A stretch of DNA of 64,000 bases from Camelus dromedarius. Its lineage: Eukaryota. A program made the position numbers and the translations under genes. Under the pieces are notes generated by a model, which made no database searches, was not told the origin of the DNA, and was given only the letters and a program-made list of their open reading frames with translations. The DNA is taken from NCBI RefSeq assembly GCF_036321535.1, contig NC_087436.1:2604001-2668000 (forward strand), written 5' to 3'. Positions 1-11,420 of this stretch are shown piece by piece (within the stretch, counting starts at the first letter, position 1; every line of letters begins with the position of its first letter).

Positions 1-1990
1 AAACTTTTACTCTGGTCTCTCAGTCTGTTTCCTAGTGCCGGTTTGAAGTTCCTGCAGTTTTCACTGTCAAACCGAGATGGAGCTAGTACCTCCCCATATA
101 TATGTATGGATTGGAGTTTGCAAATGAAAAGAAACTTTGTGTTCCCAAGAAGCTAAGTGAAGGACGGCTTATACACACACTTATCTCTCAGAACTGAACA
201 TGTGGAGAGACGTTCATTCATCTAGCACAAAGGGAACGGGTTGCAGGAGAAACTTTTACTCTGGTCTCTCAGTCTGTTTCCTAGTGCCTGTTTGAAGTTC
301 CTGCAGATTTCACTGTAAAACCGATTTGGAGCTAGTACCTCCACATAAATATGTATGGAGTGGAGTTTGCAAGTGAATAGAAACTTTGTGTTCCCAACAA
401 GCTAGGTGAATTACGGCTTTCACACACACTTATCTCTGAGAACTGAGCATGTGGAGAGATTTTCGTTCATCTAGCACAAAGGGAACGTGTTACTGGAGAA
501 ACTTTTACTGTGGTTTCTCAGACTATTTCCTAGTGCCTGTTTGAAGTTCCTGCAGTTTTCACTGTAAAACCAAGTTGGAGCTAGTACCTCCCCATAAATA
601 TATATGGAGTGGAGTTTGCAACTGAAAAGAAACTTTGTGTTCCCAACAAGCTAGGTGAAGAACGGCTTTCACACACACTTATCTCTGAGAACTGAGCATG
701 TGGAGAGACGTTCGTTCATCTAGCGCAAAGTGAACGGGTTGCAGGAGAAACTTTAACTCTGGTCTCTCAGTCTGTTTCCTAGTGCCGGTTTGAAGTTCCT
801 GCAGTTTTCACTGTAAAACCGAGTTGGAGCTAGTACCTCCCCATAAATATATATGGAGTGGAGTTTGCAACTGAAAAGAAACTTTGTGTTCCCAACAAGC
901 TAGGTGAAGGACGGCTTTCACACACACTTATCTCTGAGAACTGAGCATGTGGAGAGACGTTCGTTCATCTAGCACAAAGGGAACGTGTTGCAGGAGAAAC
1001 TTTGACTCTGGTCTCTCAGTCTGTTTCCTAGTGCCGGTTTGAAGTTCCTGCAGTTTTCACTGTCAAACCGAGATGGAGCTAGTACCTCCCCATATATATT
1101 TATGGATTGGTGTTTGCAAATGAAAAGAAACTTTGTGTTCCCAAGAAGCTAGGTGAAGGACGGCTTATACACACCTTATCTCTCAGAACTGAGCATGTGG
1201 AGAGACGTTCATTCATCTAGCACAAAGGGAACGGGTTGCAGGAGAAACTTTTACTCTGGTCTCTCAGTCTGTTTCCTAGTGCCTGTTTGAAGTTCCTGCA
1301 GATTTCACTGTAAAACCGATTTGGAGCTAGTACCTCCACATAAATATGTATGGAGTGGAGTTTGCAAGTGAAAAGAAACTTTGTGTTCCCAACAAGCTAG
1401 GTGAATTACGGCTTTCACACACACTTATCTCTGAGAACTGAGCATGTGGAGAGATTTTCGTTCATCTAGCACAAAGGGAACGTGTTACAGGAGAAACTTT
1501 TACTGTGGTTTCTCAGTCTATTTCCTAGTGCCGGTTTGAAGTTCCTGCAGTTTTCACTGTAAAACCGAGTTGGAGCTTGTACCTCCCCATAAATATATAT
1601 GGAGTGGAGTTTGCAACTGAAAAGAAACTTTGTGTTCCCAACAAGCTAGGTGAAGGAAGGCTTTCACACACACTTATCTCTGAGAACTGAGCATGTGGAG
1701 AGACGTTCGTTCATCTAGCACAAAGGGAACGGGTTGCAGGAGAAACTTTGACTCTGGTCTCTCAGTCTGTTTCCTAGTGCCGGTTTGAAGTTCCTGCAGT
1801 TTTCACTGTCAAACCGAGATGGAGCTAGTACCTCCCCATATATATGTATGGATTGGAGTTTGCAAATGAAAAGAAACTTTGTGTTCCCAAAAGCTAGGTG
1901 AAGGACGGCTTTCACACACACTTATCTCTCAGAACTGAGCATGTGGAGAGACGTTCGTTCATCTAGCACAAAGGGAATGGGTTGCAGGAG
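1..1990 (+). repeat. Degenerate 4-mer/3-mer sub-HOR (A-B-C-D-A'-B'-C'-A'')
   Basis: A-type monomers (GTCAAACCGAGATGG, GATTGG, CAAATG) start at 1, 997 and 1743. B-type monomers (GCCTGT, CAGATT, CCGATTT, GAATTACGG, GAGATTTTCG) start at 250 and about 1245. Confidence 0.85.
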
Positions 1991-2514
1991 AAACTTTTAC
2001 TCTTGTTTCTCAGTCTGTTTCCTAGTGCCGGTTTGAAGTTCCTGCAGTTTTCACTGTAAAACCGAGTTGGAGCTAGTACCTCCCCATAAATATATATGGA
2101 GTGGAGTTTGCAACTGAAAAGAAACTTTGTGTTCCCAACAAGCTAAGTGAAGGACGGCTTTCACACACACTTATCTATGAGAACTGAGCATGTGGAGAGA
2201 CGTTCGTTCATCTAGCACAAAGGGAACGTGTTGCAGGAGAAACTTTTACTCTGGTCTCTCAGTCTGTTTCCTAGTGCCGGTTTGAAGTTCCTGCATTTTT
2301 CACTGTCAAACCGAGTTGGAGCTAGTACCACCCCATATATATGTATGGAGTGGAGTTTGCAACTGAAAAGAAACTTTGTGTTCCCAAGAAGCTAGGTGAA
2401 GGACGGCTTTCAAACACACTTATCTCTCAGAACTGAGCATGTGGAGAGACGTTCCCTCATCTAGCACAAAGAGAACGGGTTGCAGGAGAAACTTTTCTCT
2501 CATTTCTCAGTCTA

Positions 2515-5500
2515 TTTCCTAGTGCCGGTTAGAAGTTCCTGCATGTTTCACTGTAAAACCGAGTTGGAGCTTGTACTTCCGCATATATATTTATGGAGTG
2601 GAGCTTGCAACTGAAAAGAAACTTTGTGTTCCCAACAAGCTAGGTGAAGAACGGCTTTCACACACACATATATCTCAGAACTGAGCATGTGGAGAGACGT
2701 TCGTTCATCTAGCACAAAGGGAACTGGTTGCAGGAGAAACTTTTACTCTGGTTTCTCAGTATGTTTCCTGTTGCCGCTTTGAAGTTCCTGCAGTTTTCAC
2801 TGTAAAAAAGAGTTGGAGCTAGTACCTCCCCATATATATGTATGGAGTGGAGATTGCAATTGAAGAGAAAATTTGTGTTCCCAACAAGCTATGTGAAGGA
2901 CGGCTTTCACACACAGTTAACTCTCAGAACTGAGCATGTGGAGAGACGTTCATTCATCTAGCACAAAGAGAACGGTTTGCAGGGGAAAGTTTTACTCTGG
3001 TTTCTCAGAGAATTTCCTAGTGCCGTTTTGAAGTTCGTTTAGTTTTCACTGTAAAACCGAGTTGGTGCTAGTACCACCCCATATATATGTATGTAGTGGA
3101 GTTTGCAACTGAAAAGAATCTTTGAGTTCCAATCAAGCTAGGTGAAGGACGGCTTTCACACACACTTATCTCTCAGAACTGAGCATGTGGAGAGACGTTC
3201 GTTCATCTAGCACAAAGAGAACGGTTTGCAGGGGAAAGTTTTACTCTGGTTTCTCAGACTATTTCCTAGTGCCGGTTTGAAGTTCCTGCAGGTTTCACTG
3301 TAAAACCGAGTTTCAGCTAGTACCTCCCCATATATATGTATGGAGTGAAGTTTGCAAATGAAAAGATACTTTGTGTTCCCAAGAAGCGATGTGAATTACG
3401 GCTTTCACACACACTTATCTCTCAGAACTGAGCATGAGGAGAGACGTTCGTTCATCTAGCAGAAAGGGAACGGGTTGTAGGAGAAACTTTTACTCTGGTT
3501 TCTCAGTCTGTTTCCTAGTGTCGGTATGAAGTTCCTGCAGTTTTCACTGTAAAACCGAGTTGGAGCTAGTACCTCTACATAAATATGTATGGAGTGGAGT
3601 TAGCAACTGAACAGAAACTTTGTGTTCCCAACAAGCTAGGTGAAGGACGGCTTTCACACACATATTTCTCTCAGAACTGAGCATGTGGAGAGACGTTCGT
3701 TCATCTAGCAGAAAGGGAACGTGTTGTAGGAGAAACTTTTACTCTGGTTTCTCAGTCTGTTTCCTAGTGCCGGTTTGAAGTTCCTGCAGTTTTCACTGTC
3801 AAACCGAGTTGGAGCTAGTACCTCCCCATATATATGTATGGAGTGGAGTTTGCAACTGAAAAGAAACTTTGTGTTCCCAACAAGCTAGGTGAAGGACGGC
3901 TTTCACACACACTTATCTTTCACAACTGAGCATGTGGAGAGACTTTCGTTCATCTAGCACAAAGGGAACTGGTTGCAGGAGAAACTTTTACTCTGGTTTC
4001 TAATTCTTTTTCGTAGAGCCGGGTTGAAGTTCCTGCAGTTTTCACTGTAAAATCGAGTTGGAGCTAGTACTTCCCCATATATATGTATGGAGTGGGGTTT
4101 GCAACTGAAAAGAAACTTTGTGTTCCCAACAAGCTAGGTGAAGGACGGCTTTCACACACAATTATCTCTCAGAACTGAGCATGTGGAGAGACGTTCATTC
4201 ATCTAGCACAAAGGGAACTGTTTGCAGGAGAAACTTTTACTCTGGATTCTCATTCTGTTTCCTAGTGCCGGTTTGAATTTCCTGCAGTTTTCACTATAAA
4301 ACCGAGTTGGAGCTAGTACCTCCCCATATATATGTATGGAGTGGAGTTTGCAACTGAAACGAAACTTTGTGTTCCCAACAACCTAGTTGAAGGACGGCTT
4401 TCACACACACTTATCTCTCAGAACTGAGCATGTGGAGAGACGTTCGTTCATCTAGCACAAATGGAACGGGTTGCAGGAGAAACTTTTATTTGGTTTCTCA
4501 GTCTGTTTCCTAGTGCCTGTTGGAAGTTCCTGCAGATTTCACTGTAAAACCGAGTTGGAGCTAGTACCTCCACATAAATATGTATGGAGTGGAGTTTGCA
4601 AGTCAAAAGAAACTTTGTGTTCCCAACAAGCTAGGTGAATCACGGCTTTCACACACAATAATCTCTGAGAACTGGGCATGTGGAGAGACTTTCGATCATC
4701 TAGCACAAAGGGAACGGGTTACAGGAGAAATTTTACTCTGGTTTCTCAGTCTATTTCCTAGTGCCGGTTTGAAGTTCCTGCAGTTTTCACTGTAAAACCG
4801 AGTTGGAGCTAGTACCTCCCCATAAATATGTATGGAGTGGTGTTTGCAAATGAACAGAAACTTTGTGTTCCCAACAAGCTAGGTGAAGGACGGCTTTCAC
4901 ACACATATTTCTCTCAGAACTGAGCATGTGGAGAGACGTTCATTCATCTAGCAGAAAGGGAACGGGTTGTAGGAGAAACTTTTCTCTGGTTTCTCAGTCT
5001 GTTTCCTAGTGCCGGTTAGAAGTTCCTGCATGTTTCACTGTAAAACCGAGTTGGAGCTTGTACTTCCGCATATATATTTATGGAGTGGAGCTTGCAACTG
5101 AAAAGAAACTTTGTGTTCCCAACAAGCTAGGTGAAGAACGGCTTTCACACACACATATATCTCAGAACTGAGCATGTGGAGAGACGTTCGTTCATCTAGC
5201 ACAAAGGGAACTGGTTGCAGGAGAAACTTTTACTCTGGTTTCTCAGTATGTTTCCTGTTGCCGCTTTGAAGTTCCTGCAGTTTTCACTGTAAAAAAGAGT
5301 TGGAGCTAGTACCTCCCCATATATATGTATGGAGTGGAGATTGCAATTGAAGAGAAAATTTGTGTTCCCAACAAGCTATGTGAAGGACGGCTTTCACACA
5401 CAGTTAACTCTCAGAACTGAGCATGTGGAGAGACGTTCATTCATCTAGCACAAAGAGAACGGTTTGCAGGGGAAAGTTTTACTCTGGTTTCTCAGAGAAT

Positions 5501-7504
5501 TTCCTAGTGCCGTTTTGAAGTTCGTTTAGTTTTCACTGTAAAACCGAGTTGGTGCTAGTACCACCCCATATATATGTATGTAGTGGAGTTTGCAACTGAA
5601 AAGAATCTTTGAGTTCCAATCAAGCTAGGTGAAGGACGGCTTTCACACACACTTATCTCTCAGAACTGAGCATGTGGAGAGACGTTCGTTCATCTAGCAC
5701 AAAGAGAACGGTTTGCAGGGGAAAGTTTTACTCTGGTTTCTCAGACTATTTCCTAGTGCCGGTTTGAAGTTCCTGCAGGTTTCACTGTAAAACCGAGTTT
5801 CAGCTAGTACCTCCCCATATATATGTATGGAGTGAAGTTTGCAAATGAAAAGATACTTTGTGTTCCCAAGAAGCGATGTGAATTACGGCTTTCACACACA
5901 CTTATCTCTCAGAACTGAGCATGAGGAGAGACGTTCGTTCATCTAGCAGAAAGGGAACGGGTTGTAGGAGAAACTTTTACTCTGGTTTCTCAGTCTGTTT
6001 CCTAGTGTCGGTATGAAGTTCCTGCAGTTTTCACTGTAAAACCGAGTTGGAGCTAGTACCTCTACATAAATATGTATGGAGTGGAGTTAGCAACTGAACA
6101 GAAACTTTGTGTTCCCAACAAGCTAGGTGAAGGACGGCTTTCACACACATATTTCTCTCAGAACTGAGCATGTGGAGAGACGTTCGTTCATCTAGCAGAA
6201 AGGGAACGTGTTGTAGGAGAAACTTTTATTCTGGTTTCTCAGTCTGTTTCCTAGTGCCGGTTTGAAGTTCCTGCAGTTTTCACTGTCAAACCGAGTTGGA
6301 GCTAGTACCTCCCCATATATATGTATGGAGTGGAGTTTGCAACTGAAAAGAAACTTTGTGTTCCCAACAAGCTAGGTGAAGGACGGCTTTCACACACACT
6401 TATCTTTCACAACTGAGCATGTGGAGAGACTTTCGTTCATCTAGCACAAAGGGAACTGGTTGCAGGAGAAACTTTTACTCTGGTTTCTAATTCTTTTTCG
6501 TAGAGCCGGGTTGAAGTTCCTGCAGTTTTCACTGTAAAATCGAGTTGGAGCTAGTACTTCCCCATATATATGTATGGAGTGGGGTTTGCAACTGAAAAGA
6601 AACTTTGTGTTCCCAACAAGCTAGGTGAAGGACGGCTTTCACACACAATTATCTCTCAGAACTGAGCATGTGGAGAGACGTTCATTCATCTAGCACAAAG
6701 GGAACTGTTTGCAGGAGAAACTTTTACTCTGGATTCTCATTCTGTTTCCTAGTGCCGGTTTGAATTTCCTGCAGTTTTCACTATAAAACCGAGTTGGAGC
6801 TAGTACCTCCCCATATATATGTATGGAGTGGAGTTTGCAACTGAAACGAAACTTTGTGTTCCCAACAACCTAGTTGAAGGACGGCTTTCACACACACTTA
6901 TCTCTCAGAACTGAGCATGTGGAGAGACGTTCGTTCATCTAGCACAAATGGAACGGGTTGCAGGAGAAACTTTTATTTGGTTTCTCAGTCTGTTTCCTAG
7001 TGCCTGTTGGAAGTTCCTGCAGATTTCACTGTAAAACCGAGTTGGAGCTAGTACCTCCACATAAATATGTATGGAGTGGAGTTTGCAAGTCAAAAGAAAC
7101 TTTGTGTTCCCAACAAGCTAGGTGAATCACGGCTTTCACACACAATAATCTCTGAGAACTGGGCATGTGGAGAGACTTTCGATCATCTAGCACAAAGGGA
7201 ACGGGTTACAGGAGAAATTTTACTCTGGTTTCTCAGTCTATTTCCTAGTGCCGGTTTGAAGTTCCTGCAGTTTTCACTGTAAAACCGAGTTGGAGCTAGT
7301 ACCTCCCCATAAATATGTATGGAGTGGTGTTTGCAAATGAACAGAAACTTTGTGTTCCCAACAAGCTAGGTGAAGGACGGCTTTCACACACATATTTCTC
7401 TCAGAACTGAGCATGTGGAGAGACGTTCATTCATCTAGCAGAAAGGGAACGGGTTGTAGGAGAAACTTTTCTCTGGTTTCTCAGTCTGTTTCCTAGTGCC
7501 GGTT
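2515..7504 (+). repeat. Tandem duplication of a 10-monomer block (2487-bp period, 2 copies)
   Basis: Rare variants recur at +2487: GGTTAGAAG at 2531/5018, and identical ORFs at 4580/7067. I noticed only one difference (3742 C vs 6229 T). The junction lies within 5002-5017. Confidence 0.95.
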
Positions 7505-8208
7505 TGAAGTTCCTGCAGTTTTCACTGTAAAACCGAGTTGGAGCTAGTACCTCCCCATATATATGTATGGAGTGGTGTTTGCAACTGAAAAGAAAGTTTG
7601 TGTTCCCAACAAGTTAGGTGAAGGACGGCTTTCACACACACTTATCTCTCAGAAATGAGCATGTGGAGAGACGTTCGTTCATCTAGCACAAAGGGAACGG
7701 GTTGCAGGAGAAACTTTTACTCTGGTTTGTCAGTCTGTTTCCTAGTGCCGGTTTGAAGTTCCTGCAGTTTTCACTGTAAAACCAAGTTGGAGCTAGTACC
7801 TCCCCATAAATATATATGGAGTGGAGTTTGCAACTGAAAAGAAACTTTGTGTTCCCAACAAGCTAGGTGAAGAACGGCTTTCACACACACTTATCTTTGA
7901 GAACTGAGCATGTGGAGAGACGTTCGTTCATCTAGCGCAAAGTGAACGGGTTGCAGGAGAAACTTTTACTCTGGTCTCTCAGTCTGTTTCCTAGTGCCGG
8001 TTTGAAGTTCCTGCAGTTTTCACTGTAAAACCGATTTGGAGCTAGTACCTCCCCATAAATATATATGGAGTGGAGTTTGCAACTGAAAAGAAACTTTGTG
8101 TTCCCAACGAGCTAGGTGAAGGACGTCTTTCACACACACTTATCTCTGAGAACTGAGCATGTGGAGAGACGTTCGTTCATATAGCACAAAGGGAACGTGT
8201 TGCAGGAG

Positions 8209-11200
8209 AAACTTTTACTCTGGTCTCTCAGTCTGTTTCCTAGTGCCGGTTTGAAGTTCCTGCAGTTTTCACTGTCAAACCGAGATGGAGCTAGTACCTC
8301 CCCATATATATGTATGGATTGGAGTTTGCAAATGAAAAGAAACTTTGTGTTCCCAAGAAGCTAAGTGAAGGACGGCTTATACACACACTTATCTCTCAGA
8401 ACTGAACATGTGGAGAGACGTTCATTCATCTAGCACAAAGGGAACGGGTTGCAGGAGAAACTTTTACTCTGGTCTCTCAGTCTGTTTCCTAGTGCCTGTT
8501 TGAAGTTCCTGCAGATTTCACTGTAAAACCGATTTGGAGCTAGTACCTCCACATAAATATGTATGGAGTGGAGTTTGCAAGTGAATAGAAACTTTGTGTT
8601 CCCAACAAGCTAGGTGAATTACGGCTTTCACACACACTTATCTCTGAGAACTGAGCATGTGGAGAGATTTTCGTTCATCTAGCACAAAGGGAACGTGTTA
8701 CTGGAGAAACTTTTACTGTGGTTTCTCAGACTATTTCCTAGTGCCTGTTTGAAGTTCCTGCAGTTTTCACTGTAAAACCAAGTTGGAGCTAGTACCTCCC
8801 CATAAATATATATGGAGTGGAGTTTGCAACTGAAAAGAAACTTTGTGTTCCCAACAAGCTAGGTGAAGAACGGCTTTCACACACACTTATCTCTGAGAAC
8901 TGAGCATGTGGAGAGACGTTCGTTCATCTAGCGCAAAGTGAACGGGTTGCAGGAGAAACTTTAACTCTGGTCTATCAGTCTGTTTCCTAGTGCCGGTTTG
9001 AAGTTCCTGCAGTTTTCACTGTAAAACCGAGTTGGAGCTAGTACCTCCCCATAAATATATATGGAGTGGAGTTTGCAACTGAAAAGAAACTTTGTGTTCC
9101 CAACAAGCTAGGTGAAGGACGGCTTTCACACACACTTATCTCTGAGAACTGAGCATGTGGAGAGACGTTCGTTCATCTAGCACAAAGGGAACGTGTTGCA
9201 GGAGAAACTTTTACTCTGGTCTCTCAGTCTGTTTCCTAGTGCCGGTTTGAAGTTCCTGCAGTTTTCACTGTCAAACCGAGATGGAGCTAGTACCTCCCCA
9301 TATATATTTATGGATTGGTGTTTGCAAATGAAAAGAAACTTTGTGTTCCCAAGAAGCTAGGTGAAGGACGGCTTATACACACACATATCTCTCAGAACTG
9401 AGCATGTGGAGAGACGTTCATTCATCTAGCACAAAGGGAACGGGTTGCAGGAGAAACTTTTACTCTGGTCTCTCAGTCTGTTTCCTAGTGCCTGTTTGAA
9501 GTTCCTGCAGATTTCACTGTAAAACCGATTTGGAGCTAGTACCTCCACATAAATATGTATGGAGTGGAGTTTGCAAGTGAAAAGAAACTTTGTGTTCCCA
9601 ACAAGCTAGGTGAATTACGGCTTTCACACACACTTATCTCTGAGAACTGAGCATGTGGAGAGATTTTCGTTCATCTAGCACAAAGGGAACGTGTTACAGG
9701 AGAAACTTTTACTGTGGTTTCTCAGTCTATTTCCTAGTGCCGGTTTGAAGTTCCTGCAGTTTTCACTGTAAAACCGAGTTGGAGCTTGTACCTCCCCATA
9801 AATATATATGGAGTGGAGTTTGCAACTGAAAAGAAACTTTGTGTTCCCAACAAGCTAGGTGAAGGACGGCTTTCACACACACTTATCTCTGAGAACTGAG
9901 CATGTGGAGAGACGTTCGTTCATCTAGCACAAAGGGAACGGGTTGCAGGAGAAACTTTGACTCTGGTCTCTCAGTCTGTTTCCTAGTGCCGGTTTGAAGT
10001 TCCTGCAGTTTTCACTGTCAAACCGAGATGGAGCTAGTACCTCCCCATATATATGTATGGATTGGAGTTTGCAAATGAAAAGAAACTTTGTGTTCCCAAA
10101 AGCTAGGTGAAGGACGGCTTTCACACACACTTATCTCTCAGAACTGAGCATGTGGAGAGACGTTCGTTCATCTAGCACAAAGGGAATGGGTTGCAGGAGA
10201 AACTTTTACTCTGGTTTCTCAGTCTGTTTCCTAGTGCCGGTTTGAATTTCCTGCAGTTTTCACTGTAAAACCGAGTTGGAGCTAGTACCTCCCCATAAAT
10301 ATATATGGAGTGGAGTTTGCAACTGAAAAGAAACTTTGTGTTCCCAACAAGCTAAGTGAAGGACGGCTTTCACACACACTTATCTATGAGAACTGAGCAT
10401 GTGGAGAGACGTTCGTTCATCTAGCACAAAGGGAACGTGTTGCAGGAGAAACTTTTACTCTGGTCTCTCAGTCTGTTTCCTAGTGCCGGTTTGAAGTTCC
10501 TGCATTTTTCACTGTCAAACCGAGTTGGAGCTAGTACCACCCCATATATATGTATGGAGTGGAGTTTGCAACTGAAAAGAAACTTTGTGTTCCCAAGAAG
10601 CTAGGTGAAGGACGGCTTTCAAACCCACTTATCTCTCAGAACTGAGCATGTGGAGAGACGTTCCCTCATCTAGCACAAAGAGAACGGGTTGCAGGAGAAA
10701 CTTTTCTCTCATTTCTCAGTCTATTTCCTAGTGCCGGTTAGAAGTTCCTGCATGTTTCACTGTAAAACCGAGTTGGAGCTTGTACTTCCGCATATATATT
10801 TATGGAGTGGAGCTTGCAACTGAAAAGAAACTTTGTGTTCCCAACAAGCTAGGTGAAGAACGGCTTTCACACACACATATATCTCAGAACTGAGCATGTG
10901 GAGAGACGTTCGTTCATCTAGCACAAAGGGAACTGGTTGCAGGAGAAACTTTTACTCTGGTTTCTCAGTATGTTTCCTGTTGCCGCTTTGAAGTTCCTGC
11001 AGTTTTCACTGTAAAAAAGAGTTGGAGCTAGTACCTCCCCATATATATGTACGGAGTGGAGATTGCAATTGAAGAGAAAATTTGTGCTCCCAACAAGCTA
11101 TGTGAAGGACGGCTTTCACACACAGTTAACTCTCAGAACTGAGCATGTGGAAGGACGTTCATTCATCTAGCACAAAGAGAACGGTTTGCAGGGGATAGTT

Positions 11201-11420
11201 TTACTCTGGTTTCTCAGACTATTTCCTAGTGCCGTTTTGAAGTTCGTTTAGTTTTCACTGTAAAACCGAGTTGGTGCTAGTACCACCCCATATATATGTA
11301 TGTAGTGGAGTTTGCAACTGAAAAGAATCTTTGAGTTCCAATCAAGCTAGGTGAAGGACGGCTTTCACACACACTTATCTCTCAGAACTGAGCATGTGGA
11401 GAGACGTTCGTTCATCTAGC
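8209..11420 (+). repeat. Copy of monomers 1-13 at a 33-monomer offset (8208-8209 bp)
   Basis: The same ordered diagnostic variants occur as in 1 to about 3210, for example CTGAACATG, GAATAGAAAC, AGCGCAAAGTG and TCTATGAG. Identical ORFs lie at 1715/9924. Confidence 0.9.

Noticed and set aside
1..249. Internal dimeric substructure of the monomer (AAACTTT at 1 and 132, and repeated CTAG)
   Set aside because: The similarity does not extend beyond a few bases and the spacing is uneven (131/118), so it cannot be supported by eye.
1..249. Tandem RNA gene array (5S, tRNA or snRNA) or TATA promoter at CATATATATG
   Set aside because: I found no recognisable RNA gene, A/B boxes or downstream transcription unit. 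The AT run is part of the satellite.
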